A stretch of DNA of 64,000 bases, from the NCBI GenBank assembly GCA_049519355.1, contig JBEKQV010000002.1, forward strand, positions 67,479 to 131,478. Direction: 5' to 3'. Numbering within the stretch: the stretch's first letter is position 1; the number at the start of each line of letters is the position of its first letter. The stretch comes from Candidatus Microgenomates bacterium (GTDB taxonomy: Bacteria; Patescibacteriota; Microgenomatia; UBA8517). Positions 7,828 to 16,690 of the stretch are shown here, piece after piece. The notes below the pieces were generated by a model. That model made no database searches. It was not told the origin of the DNA and saw nothing but the letters and a program-made list of their open reading frames with translations. The position numbers were made by a program, and so were the translations under genes.

Positions 7828-10022
7828 TTTACTTAAAGGATTACCAAAAAGAAGCTGTAGCGAGTCTAAAAGAAACTGTAGAAAAGTTATTGAGGTCATC
7901 TGAGCGTGAGATTTGTATTTTTCAAGCTCCTACCGGAAGTGGAAAAACTGTTATGGTTTCGGAACTTCTTAAAGATTTAGTGAGAGATAGAAAAGACGAC
8001 AAAAAGTTTTCTTTTGTCTGGATTTCAGTCCGGATGCTGCACGAGCAAAGTAAGGAAAAGCTTGAAAAATATTATGCAGATGACAGGTTACTTCAATGTT
8101 CATATTTTGAGGATTTGGAAGATAAAAAGATTGGCGAAAACGAAATCTTGTTTATTAACTGGCAAAGCATAAATAAAAAAGACATAAACATTTATGTCAG
8201 AGAAAACGAGCAAGACAATAATCTTAACAGCGTAATTCAAAATACAAAAGAAGAAGGGCGCGAAATAATACTTATTATCGATGAAAGCCACCACACAGCG
8301 GGATCCGAAAAGTCAAAGGAACTGATAGAAGTAATTAGTCCGAAAGTAACGATTGAAGTTTCTGCTACCCCGCAACTAAAAGAAGGTATCGGCGGATACG
8401 AGAAAATTAATCTGAGTGATGTAAAAGCGGAGGAAATGATTAAGTCTGAAATTTCGGTAAATCCAGAGTTCACAAATGTTAAGGTTGGGTCAGAAAGTGC
8501 GGATGAACTTGTCATAGGACAAGCGTTAAAGAAACGAGAAGAATTAGCAAACCTATACAGGAAATCTGGATCAAATATAAACCCCCTTGTATTGGTTCAG
8601 TTGCCAGATCAAAAAAGCAGCTTGATTAGTAAAAAAGAAGATGTTCTAAAAATTCTTAACGATAAATTCGCTATCAATGAGAAAAATGGAAAATTAGCAG
8701 TTTGGTTATCAGAAGAAAAAACAGAAACACTTGCCAATATCGAGAAAAACGATAATGAAGTCGAGGTTTTGGTTTTCAAGCAAGCCCCTGCACTTGGCTG
8801 GGATTGTCCAAGAGCGTCAATACTTATAATTTTTAGGGAAACCAAGAGTTTTGTTTTTACGATTCAAACGATTGGTAGGATTATGCGTATGCCAGAATTG
8901 AAATACTATTCCGAAGAAGAATTGAATAAAGGCTTTGTATTTACCAATCTTCCGAATATTGCAATAACCGAGGATTACGCAAAAGATTATGTCACGATTT
9001 ACGAAGCCAAAAGAAGCGCGGAACTTTACAAAGACATTTCCTTGCCGTCAATATTTCTAAGGCGACAAAGGGAAAGAACAAGATTATCCGGAGAATTTGT
9101 TACCATCTTTCAAAAAGTTGCAAATGAAAACGATCTCAAAAATCGAGTAGTATTTACTCCTTCAAAACTAGTAAATCCAATAATTGCAGATGGTAGAATC
9201 GTCAATGTTGACCAAGCGGGCGAAATTGAACATAAAGGAGTAATTGAAGTTAAATTAAATCCGCTTGAACTTCAACAGCTTTTTGATAGTTTTATCTCGC
9301 AGAATTGCTCTCCATACGCTCCAGTAGATTCAAGCGATAGAATGAAAACCGCCATTTATAATTTTTTTACAATAAATTTCAAGATTAGGAAATTTGATCC
9401 GACTGTCCAGCGTATAGTTCTAGGTAAGGAAAATGTGCAGGCATTCGTTGACACAATAAACTTGGCTAAAGAAAAATACCAATTGGAAATTGTTAGGCAA
9501 CTTAGTGAAAAAAGGGAACTTCAGACAACCCCAGAATGGGAAGTTCCGGTAATAGTTACCTATAACAGCAGGTATATCAGTGAAAATAAACCAAAGTCTA
9601 TTCTTAAGCCCTATTACACCAAGAAAGCCAGTGAACCGGAAATGTTATTTATTGAGCTCTTAGAAGGATCAGATAAGGTTAAATGGTGGTTCAAGAATGG
9701 TGAGAGCGAAATTAAGTATTTTGCAGTCTTGTATAAAGATGAAGCGGAGATTGAACACGCTTTTTATGTTGACTTTATCGTTCAATTTACCGATGGAAAG
9801 ATAGGTTTATTCGATACCAAAAAGGGAATAACTGCCAAAGATGCAAAAATGCGAGCAAAAGGTTTAGCACGCTACATAAAAGAGCAGTCAAAGAAAGGAA
9901 GAAAGATATGGGGTGGTATAGCGGTATATGTTAACGGTAGTTGGAGATATAACGAAAGTGAAGATTATGTCTATGAAGAAGGTAATCTGTCTAAAGATTG
10001 GAAATTTCTTAATCTTAATTAG
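7824..10022 (+). CDS. res: Type III restriction enzyme Res subunit (SF2 helicase + C-terminal PD-(D/E)xK nuclease)
   Basis: 732 aa. Walker A QAPTGSGKT, DEAH-type IIDESHH, and a C-terminal VDFIV...FDTKKG that is PD-(D/E)xK-like. Translationally coupled to mod. Confidence 0.75.
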   Translation: MIYLKDYQKEAVASLKETVEKLLRSSEREICIFQAPTGSGKTVMVSELLKDLVRDRKDDKKFSFVWISVRMLHEQSKEKLEKYYADDRLLQCSYFEDLEDKKIGENEILFINWQSINKKDINIYVRENEQDNNLNSVIQNTKEEGREIILIIDESHHTAGSEKSKELIEVISPKVTIEVSATPQLKEGIGGYEKINLSDVKAEEMIKSEISVNPEFTNVKVGSESADELVIGQALKKREELANLYRKSGSNINPLVLVQLPDQKSSLISKKEDVLKILNDKFAINEKNGKLAVWLSEEKTETLANIEKNDNEVEVLVFKQAPALGWDCPRASILIIFRETKSFVFTIQTIGRIMRMPELKYYSEEELNKGFVFTNLPNIAITEDYAKDYVTIYEAKRSAELYKDISLPSIFLRRQRERTRLSGEFVTIFQKVANENDLKNRVVFTPSKLVNPIIADGRIVNVDQAGEIEHKGVIEVKLNPLELQQLFDSFISQNCSPYAPVDSSDRMKTAIYNFFTINFKIRKFDPTVQRIVLGKENVQAFVDTINLAKEKYQLEIVRQLSEKRELQTTPEWEVPVIVTYNSRYISENKPKSILKPYYTKKASEPEMLFIELLEGSDKVKWWFKNGESEIKYFAVLYKDEAEIEHAFYVDFIVQFTDGKIGLFDTKKGITAKDAKMRAKGLARYIKEQSKKGRKIWGGIAVYVNGSWRYNESEDYVYEEGNLSKDWKFLNLN

Positions 10023-10048
10023 AACCTAGAAATTTTGTATTAGTTTTT

Positions 10049-10459
10049 ATGCCCGTATCTAAAAAGGAAGAATTGTGTGCCTATCATGAAGCCGGGCATG
10101 CGGTGTTGGCTGTTATATTAGGTATGCCCGTTGAATCTGTGAGTATGAAGGATCGCGTAACGAAATATAAAGTTGAAGGTAAAATACGCGATAGTATCTT
10201 GGTATCACTTGCAGGGGCTTTTGCAGCACAACATATCGATAAAATGGGACTGACCGCAGCAGATGACCTTTACAAAGCAAAGCGACTGCTAATCGAAGGA
10301 GAAAATATCGAATCATTCGAAAGAGAGGCAAAGAGACTTGTGAAAAAACATAAAAAAATAATCCACGCTGTAGCCTTAGAATTGTTATCCAAAAACTGCT
10401 TAACCGGAGAGGAGGTAAAAAGGATTGTGGACATACATTTCTTACCTCAACAAACTTAG
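10049..10459 (+). CDS. Stand-alone FtsH-type (peptidase M41) zinc-metallopeptidase domain protein, no AAA+ or TM region
   Basis: 136 aa. AYHEAGHAV is the M41 HExxH site. TAADDLYKAKRL matches the FtsH third zinc ligand region (GASNDLERAT). The whole protein corresponds only to the C-terminal protease domain of FtsH. Confidence 0.6.
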   Translation: MPVSKKEELCAYHEAGHAVLAVILGMPVESVSMKDRVTKYKVEGKIRDSILVSLAGAFAAQHIDKMGLTAADDLYKAKRLLIEGENIESFEREAKRLVKKHKKIIHAVALELLSKNCLTGEEVKRIVDIHFLPQQT

Positions 10460-10719
10460 CTTAGCATGTTAATTATCTAAGTGTATGGTACCCTTGGTCG
10501 CATGTGCAGTATTAGGTTAAATATTAATACGATTCCCCCAATATAGTATTTACAATGATCTAGCCTCAAATGGGTATGTGATTTACTCAAAGTTGTGCTT
10601 GAGACAATTGATGAAACTGATAGTCATTAGATAACATTTGTTTTAGAAATTCTTTTTCTTTGTCTTGATTAAGTTTCCAATAAGTTCTAACATCGTTCAC
10701 TAGGTCACCCAATATTTTC

Positions 10720-10728
10720 TGATATAAT
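10720..10728 (+). promoter_or_regulatory. Extended -10 element (TGaTATAAT) 7 nt upstream of the dsbA-like ATG; the mRNA is probably leaderless
   Basis: TGATATAAT at 10720-10728, ATG at 10736. There is no room for a Shine-Dalgarno. Confidence 0.35.
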
Positions 10729-10735
10729 ATTTACT

Positions 10736-11428
10736 ATGGATTTTTTGAAAAGAAATAAGGTATTTATTATCGTCGTTCTGGCAACTTTGGTTTTGCTCAT
10801 AGGAGGAATTTATTTATTCTCGAGAGGCAGTGGGAATTCAACAACATTAAGTAGCACCGTAAGTTCCTCCCTTTTAATACCCCAAAATGATTACGAAACG
10901 TCCGGTATAGTCAACGGAAATTATTTGCTCGCAACTCCATCGGCCAGTGTTACTCTTGTAGAATTTGGTGATTATGAATGCCCGGCGTGCGGCGAATACC
11001 ATCCGATGGTTAAGCAGCTTTTAACTGATTTTGCCGGCAAAGTTATTTTTGTTTTTAGAAATTTTCCGCTTTCTCAACACTTGAACGCCCCAATTTCGGC
11101 GTATGCAGCAGAAGCCGCCGGGCTTCAAGGAAAATTCTGGCAAATGCACGACAAACTCTACGAAACACAAAATGATTGGTCAGGCTCAACCGACGCGAGA
11201 AGTATATTCATTGGTTATGCTAAAGATTTAGGTTTGGATGTTACTAAATTTACGGCAGATATAGATTCCTCAGCCGTTAAGAATAAAGTTCAGAGCGATA
11301 TGAATGACGGGAATACAATTGGAATTAATGAAACACCGACATTTTTCCTTAACGGATCCGAACTTAATCTTACCGGCTCTTCTAATGAACTTGAGACTGA
11401 TGTTCAAAAAGTGCTTAACGGAAAATAG
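10736..11428 (+). CDS. DsbA/BdbD-family thiol:disulfide oxidoreductase (thioredoxin fold), membrane-anchored
   Basis: 230 aa. N-terminal TM helix. A CPAC active site sits in VEFGDYECPACGEYHP, the DsbA-type context. Confidence 0.75.
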   Translation: MDFLKRNKVFIIVVLATLVLLIGGIYLFSRGSGNSTTLSSTVSSSLLIPQNDYETSGIVNGNYLLATPSASVTLVEFGDYECPACGEYHPMVKQLLTDFAGKVIFVFRNFPLSQHLNAPISAYAAEAAGLQGKFWQMHDKLYETQNDWSGSTDARSIFIGYAKDLGLDVTKFTADIDSSAVKNKVQSDMNDGNTIGINETPTFFLNGSELNLTGSSNELETDVQKVLNGK

Positions 11429-11432
11429 TCCG

Positions 11433-12776
11433 TTATTTTCTGGAGATCGTATAATTTGTCGGGTAATATAAAAAGGCAGCAGGAGAATCTTCAACCAAGA
11501 ATCTTTGGAAATCCAAATAAATTTGCTTTCTGTCCTCGATACTAATTGTACTTCGGCCGTCTTCAAGAAGTTTATCAATCCTGGGATTTTGATAGTGCGT
11601 AATATTTGTCGCGGTTTGTGTTGAGTGCCAGATTGAGTACTGATCGGGATCGTTTGGAATATCAAAAATCGCCAAGAAAGCCTGGTAATCAGAAGGGACA
11701 TTGGAAATTACCTGTAAGCTAACATTGACACCAATTGCCTGCCAATCTTTCGAAATGCTTTCGGCTTGGGTTAAAAGAATGGGTGGAGTCGTTAGTGTGA
11801 TTGAAAGGCTGCCGGTTTTTGCACTTGTTTCATAATCCTCAACCATTTGCTTGGCTTTTACGGGATCGTAATCGTAGGGCTTCACTTGAGGATTATATGC
11901 CCAAGAATCTATTGAAATCGGACTTATAGCTCTTTCGCCGCCAAGTGCGCCTTTATTGATGGCGTATGAAAGCGCCTGACGGAGGTTTTTATCTGATAGG
12001 GTCTTATCTTGAGTATCAAAAAATACCGCTACATATTCCCCGGTATTTGAAGTTTTATCTATTTTGACTTTTGGCCAAGACGAAAAAGGACTGGGATCAA
12101 GAATTCCTATTATTTGATCAACGTCTCCCAGTTCAAATGCCAATTTTGTATCATCTTCGGTAGGATAAAATTTATAAGCGATTCTATCGCCGTTTTTATT
12201 AACTAAATTTATTTGTTGAACATATGACCCGTTTAAGGAAATACTTGAAACTTTCCAAGCCCCGGTACCCAGAAGCCCCATCCTGAAAGTCGGCCTGGAA
12301 ACAACAGAAGGAAAAGCCGAATATGGATTCTGAAGTTCAAAAGTTATAGTAGCATCATCAGGCCGGAGAACAGTGACATCCGAAAACTCATAAGTAATAC
12401 CTGAACTTGTAACTTTTTTTCCGTCTTGCCAATAAACTCCTGAACGCAAAGTGAAAACCCAGGTCTTACCGCCATCAGGCGATTCCCAAGACGAAGCGAG
12501 ATCGGGTTCGACGTTTCCGTTTTTATCAAGCTTGGTTAGACCGTCACCGACCATCTCGAGAACATTATCAGGAAGCGAACTAACGGTATAAAGTCCTGTT
12601 AACCCTATCCTTGTGCTTTGACCTGAGGACAAAACAGGCAAAAGGTAACGAAGGAGAAAGAAAAGAACAATGCCAAGTCCTACACAAGCTAAGATAATGA
12701 TTTTAAAACGGCTAAAAAATGCTCCCACTAGCCTTGCAATGTATCGGAAATTAAGCATCGGTAAGTTATACCACAA
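11433..12776 (-). CDS. ABC transporter substrate-binding protein, family 5 (peptide/nickel type)
   Basis: 447 aa. N-terminal anchor. Length and motifs (e.g. YDPVKAKQM, DPDQYSIWHS) are typical of SBP_bac_5. Confidence 0.65.
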   Translation of the reverse strand: MWYNLPMLNFRYIARLVGAFFSRFKIIILACVGLGIVLFFLLRYLLPVLSSGQSTRIGLTGLYTVSSLPDNVLEMVGDGLTKLDKNGNVEPDLASSWESPDGGKTWVFTLRSGVYWQDGKKVTSSGITYEFSDVTVLRPDDATITFELQNPYSAFPSVVSRPTFRMGLLGTGAWKVSSISLNGSYVQQINLVNKNGDRIAYKFYPTEDDTKLAFELGDVDQIIGILDPSPFSSWPKVKIDKTSNTGEYVAVFFDTQDKTLSDKNLRQALSYAINKGALGGERAISPISIDSWAYNPQVKPYDYDPVKAKQMVEDYETSAKTGSLSITLTTPPILLTQAESISKDWQAIGVNVSLQVISNVPSDYQAFLAIFDIPNDPDQYSIWHSTQTATNITHYQNPRIDKLLEDGRSTISIEDRKQIYLDFQRFLVEDSPAAFLYYPTNYTISRK

Positions 12777-12981
12777 GCTGCAGAATAGAAATCGCTATAA
12801 ACAAAAAAGCCAGGACAAAGGTAAGCCTAAAAACCAATTTCTCTAAACCTCTCCGGCTAAATGAAGAACCTCCTCCAAAGCCTGATGACCTACTAAAACC
12901 TGTACCGCGAGCTTGAACTAAAATAAGTCCGATAAGAGCAACCGACACAATTATTTGAATAACGGTTAGAATTTGCTTCAC
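12766..12981 (-). CDS. secG: Preprotein translocase subunit SecG
   Basis: 71 aa. Two TM helices flank a Gly-rich loop (LVQARGTGFSRSSGFGGGSSF), as in SecG. Confidence 0.7.
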   Translation of the reverse strand: MKQILTVIQIIVSVALIGLILVQARGTGFSRSSGFGGGSSFSRRGLEKLVFRLTFVLAFLFIAISILQLVV

Positions 12982-13004
12982 TTCGAGTCAATTATACTCA
13001 AAAA

Positions 13005-13406
13005 TCACTTGAAGATCCAATGAAGTACGGACGAAACAATAGAAATTATGAAAGAAAATGCCAGAAAAGCTAAAATTCCGTTAAGAAAGATTGCCGGTAT
13101 GGAAAACCAATAAGAGGAGAAGCCGTTAAAAGCAAAGTCGAGCAATTTAAACCCCGGCACAATCAAAGTCACTATATAAAGTGTTACAGCATAACCCACC
13201 CACCTAAAAAGACCGAAAGTGATCAAGTTTATAGGCAGCAGCAAAATGTTTATGATAGGCCTTATGAACATTGTAGTTACTGTTAGAACTGCTCCCGCCA
13301 GCAAGAGCGAATAAATTCCGTCCGAAAAAACTATCCCCGAAACGGCAAGAGAAACCAAATAAAGCGAAACTGTATTTATCAAAAAATGCTTAATAATTGT
13401 TCTCAT
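13005..13406 (-). CDS. 4-TM membrane protein, phage-holin-4-like (YvlD/DUF360-type) family
   Basis: 133 aa, four predicted TM helices. The overall pattern resembles Phage_holin_4_2/YvlD proteins common in small genomes. Confidence 0.45.
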   Translation of the reverse strand: MRTIIKHFLINTVSLYLVSLAVSGIVFSDGIYSLLLAGAVLTVTTMFIRPIINILLLPINLITFGLFRWVGYAVTLYIVTLIVPGFKLLDFAFNGFSSYWFSIPAIFLNGILAFLAFSFIISIVSSVLHWIFK

Positions 13407-13443
13407 TAAACACAGTATATCCAGTTTGGAGAGTTATTTACAA

Positions 13444-14805
13444 CTAATTTTGGGTCAAAGATTTTGAAATCAATTTATGATGGTATGTTCTTGCAAACCT
13501 GTGGGCTTCATCTCTAATCCGCTGGACTAAATTTAGGGCGGCACCTCTAGGGAACCTGTACTCTTTAAGCGCGATTGTACCGTCGGTGTAAACCGGAATA
13601 ACCAAAGTTTCAAATCTTTTGGCCAGACCTACAACTGGAATTTTTTCACCCGCAAGCTCCCTTAAAAAAACCGATACTTGTCCCTTGCCACCATCAACAA
13701 TAATAAGATCGGGTTTACCCCAATCCGCAAAATGATTTTTTCTTCGGTCAATTACCTCCTTCATTGAAGCGTAGTCATTTTGGGATTCTAATTGTCTTAT
13801 TTTGAAATGCCGGTAATAGTTTTTTTCCGGCTCTCCGTTTACAAACGTAACCATTGAGGCGGTGGGGCTTGTTCCTGCCAGATGAGCGACATCAAAACAT
13901 TCAATTCTTTCGATTTTATCTACTTTTACATTAAATTTTGATAAAACCGACGACAGCTGGTGCGCTTCCTTCAACCTTTCGTCCTCGTAGAGATTCGGGT
14001 TCTGTATATAAAACTCCATGGGCATTTGGGGACGCGTTATATACTCCAACTTTTGGATTTGATCACGCAAAGCCGCGGCAGCCTCAAAATCCTGCGAACC
14101 TGACGACCTGTTCATCTCCTCTTCAAGATTTGTCCTAACCTTTCCGACTTCTCCATTAAGAACTGTTTTTATATGTCGTATATTTTTAAGGTATCTCTTC
14201 CTTTGGGCTGACTTTTCCGATTCATCTTTTAGGCCTTCGATAACGTTTGGGCAGGGACTGCAAAGCCCGATGTGCGAATAAAGGCAACCGCGGGGACCGA
14301 GTTTATGATCAGAATAGGGAAAAATCCGTCTCAGCATTTTAAGTACCGAGCGGATATTCTTTGAAGAAGGAAATGGACCAAAAAATGCGATGTTTTTTTC
14401 ACCTTCCGCAATTTTCCTTGCCGTTATAACTCTCGGATATTTTTCTTTAGTGATTCGAATGTAAAGAGGATGTTTGTCATCTTTTGCCGCAATATTATAT
14501 TTCGGCATATAACTTCTGATTAGTTTTGCCTCAAGAAGAAGTGCTTCAAGTTCCGACTCTACCTGAATATATGACAAGGCTTCGGCATCACCTATCATTT
14601 TTTCGGTTTTTATTTCGAGATCCAAATCAAAATATGAAGAAACACGCCGCTTTAAGTTAATCGCCTTTCCGATATAGATAGGGTAATTATCCTTAAAAAA
14701 AACGTAAACCCCGGCTGTTTCGGGAAGTGTTTTCTTAAGGTCAGTGTTATAGCTTCTGCCCCGGTGGATTGATATTTTGGGTAGATCTTTTAGTAAGTCT
14801 TTCAT
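13444..14805 (-). CDS. uvrC: Excinuclease ABC subunit C (UvrC), short form lacking the C-terminal HhH tail
   Basis: 453 aa. N-terminal GIY-YIG (AGVYVFFKDNYPIYIGKAINLKRRVSSYF). C-terminal RNase-H-like UvrC endonuclease region (IIVDGGKGQ...VVGLAK). The annotated start overlaps the upstream gene by 59 nt. Confidence 0.8.
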   Translation of the reverse strand: MKDLLKDLPKISIHRGRSYNTDLKKTLPETAGVYVFFKDNYPIYIGKAINLKRRVSSYFDLDLEIKTEKMIGDAEALSYIQVESELEALLLEAKLIRSYMPKYNIAAKDDKHPLYIRITKEKYPRVITARKIAEGEKNIAFFGPFPSSKNIRSVLKMLRRIFPYSDHKLGPRGCLYSHIGLCSPCPNVIEGLKDESEKSAQRKRYLKNIRHIKTVLNGEVGKVRTNLEEEMNRSSGSQDFEAAAALRDQIQKLEYITRPQMPMEFYIQNPNLYEDERLKEAHQLSSVLSKFNVKVDKIERIECFDVAHLAGTSPTASMVTFVNGEPEKNYYRHFKIRQLESQNDYASMKEVIDRRKNHFADWGKPDLIIVDGGKGQVSVFLRELAGEKIPVVGLAKRFETLVIPVYTDGTIALKEYRFPRGAALNLVQRIRDEAHRFARTYHHKLISKSLTQN

Positions 14806-16678
14806 ACATTTTCGCTCCTTTCACCCCTATTTTATCAAATAACCGTCCTATTTTTATTTTTTTAAGCCGCATTAATATCCCGAAAATTATCAAAATCATA
14901 AAAAACGAAATAATTAGGAGGCTGTTTATTACAACTTGTGACTTATTTGTTGTTATTTTTGCCGTCGCGGTATCTACGCCAACCTCAATCACATCAGGAG
15001 TGTTTTTACCGAGAAGACTAAACGGTACATCAATTTCGGACTGATAATTGGAATAAGGAGGGAGAACGCTGATAAAATCACGGCTTTTCTCTAACGTGTC
15101 GAAATATACAGTCGGATAAACACCGTACAAAGCCACCGGCCCCGGATTAAAAACTCTATATGAATAGATCGAACTAAGCAAAGGTAAAGTACGTATTGGA
15201 GTTATTGTTACTTGTGGCGTACTAATCCTGATATCAGGTAACTGTCCGAAAGATACGTAGACGTCTTTCTGAGGATTCGGGCCGAGTTTATAAGAACCGG
15301 GTGGATACGGCATTGTATCGCTTTCTCCTCCCGACGGATTTGTGTCGCCGTGAATCACAAAAGCGAAATGTCTTAAGTCAAGCTTATTAAAATAATCCAC
15401 GCCACCGCTTGTTGAACCCCAGGTAGGGTCAATTGGTATCCAGACACCCTTAGACTTATCATAATATTCCGGCCAAGCATGTAAAACGTCGGCAACGAGA
15501 CTCAATGGTTGTAATTGAGGATTTTCGGTATAGGCAAAACCGTTAATTTCTCTTGCAGGAATCCCTGCGGCCCGGGCTATGGCTATAAAAAGATCCGTAT
15601 ATTCCATACATATGGCCTGGGTAGGATTTTCAAGAGCGCCTACCGCCCCTAACCGCTGCACATTGGGTTGCACGCGGGCAAAATCATATTTCAATGTAGT
15701 CGAAACGTAGTCATAAATCGCTTCGGGAGTTTTGAGTTGCTGGGCTAAAGCTTGAATTTTTGGATCACTTACCTGCCAATATTCCGTTCCAGTCAAATCG
15801 TCACTTAGAACCTGATCGGTTGGTTTTGGAAAAGAACGATAGCTCGCAAAAATTTGTACGGAACCGGTAGCGTTTACATCAACTCTTTGATGCGGAGACA
15901 AAATATATGTAGCGAGCCAGTTTCCGTCGGAGTCAACGTTCACATTTGCCGGCTTCGGGTCAACCTTTTGAAGATAAACTTTCTGATAAGCTGTGTCGGG
16001 AGGTAGAGCTATTTGTGTTTGTGCAGTCGAACCTAACGGATTTTCTAGATGGTACGAAAGATTAAAGGAAAAAACCTGAAATTGGCCAAATCCGGCGGTA
16101 ATTCCAGATTGAACAACGTCGTCTTTTGAAAAAGTGTAGGTTTTACCTGAGGCGTCTTCGGTTGTGGTTTCGGGCTTTGGGGAAATATATGCCTCAAGCC
16201 CAAAACTTTCCGGGATTTGAAGTGTAACGTTATAACTCCGGAAACTGTTCTGATCGCTGAGGCGCGGAATAGAAACTTCCCAGATTTCACCGGTTCTAAC
16301 CGCAAAACTACCGTTATCGTAAGAAATAGAAAAATGTCTTTCTGCATCCTTTCCTACAACGGCATTAGGAAAAGTTATTTTAATAGTTGTTGTCGTGCCG
16401 TTTTTCTGTATATCCGTTTGTAGAGATGTACCGGAAGAGTCGGTTGCCGAAACATTTGAAGCGTCAATATTTTCTAAGGTCAGAGAATAAGTTGTTGCGT
16501 AAAGAAGGTCCGAGTTATTCTCGAGGGTTATATTGTGAGTTGCTGTCGTTATCCCGGTGGTGCGTACATTATATGTAACGTTCGAGTCAACCGAAAAATC
16601 TTGTTGGGCATATACAAAACCAGTTACTAAGAAAACCAAGAAAATCCCGACAAATATTGCCAACCACTTTTTAAACAT
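14747..16678 (-). CDS. Transglutaminase-like domain protein, secreted/membrane-anchored
   Basis: 643 aa. Signal/TM at the N-terminus and a TM near the C-terminus. Cys-His-Asp core motifs CMEYTDLFIAIARAAGIPAR and HAWPEYYD. Confidence 0.6.
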   Translation of the reverse strand: MFKKWLAIFVGIFLVFLVTGFVYAQQDFSVDSNVTYNVRTTGITTATHNITLENNSDLLYATTYSLTLENIDASNVSATDSSGTSLQTDIQKNGTTTTIKITFPNAVVGKDAERHFSISYDNGSFAVRTGEIWEVSIPRLSDQNSFRSYNVTLQIPESFGLEAYISPKPETTTEDASGKTYTFSKDDVVQSGITAGFGQFQVFSFNLSYHLENPLGSTAQTQIALPPDTAYQKVYLQKVDPKPANVNVDSDGNWLATYILSPHQRVDVNATGSVQIFASYRSFPKPTDQVLSDDLTGTEYWQVSDPKIQALAQQLKTPEAIYDYVSTTLKYDFARVQPNVQRLGAVGALENPTQAICMEYTDLFIAIARAAGIPAREINGFAYTENPQLQPLSLVADVLHAWPEYYDKSKGVWIPIDPTWGSTSGGVDYFNKLDLRHFAFVIHGDTNPSGGESDTMPYPPGSYKLGPNPQKDVYVSFGQLPDIRISTPQVTITPIRTLPLLSSIYSYRVFNPGPVALYGVYPTVYFDTLEKSRDFISVLPPYSNYQSEIDVPFSLLGKNTPDVIEVGVDTATAKITTNKSQVVINSLLIISFFMILIIFGILMRLKKIKIGRLFDKIGVKGAKMYERLTKRSTQNINPPGQKL

Positions 16679-16690
16679 AAATAAAGTATA

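Larger units (their letters stand above)
1356..10459. mobile_element. Putative integrated mobile element / defence island at tRNA-His (serine recombinase integration module plus TIR-like, XRE, Type III R-M and M41 peptidase cargo); far boundary not resolved
   Basis: The recombinase overlaps the tRNA 3' end. A contiguous block of accessory, defence and regulatory genes follows. Housekeeping genes (dsbA-like, secG, uvrC...) resume after a 276-nt non-coding gap at 10460-10735. No direct repeat of the tRNA 3' end could be found by eye. Confidence 0.45.

Noticed and set aside
10460-10735. Possible attR or direct repeat of the tRNA-His 3' end near the distal island boundary (e.g. GATTCCCCCAAT vs CCACCCCAAT)
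   Set aside because: Only a 7-mer matches. Serine integrases do not leave long direct repeats, so the boundary cannot be called from sequence alone.
11421-11440. AT-rich hairpin (GAAAATA-gtccgt-TATTTTC) between the convergent dsbA-like and SBP genes as a bidirectional terminator
   Set aside because: The stem is entirely A/T and overlaps both stop codons. Too weak to call.
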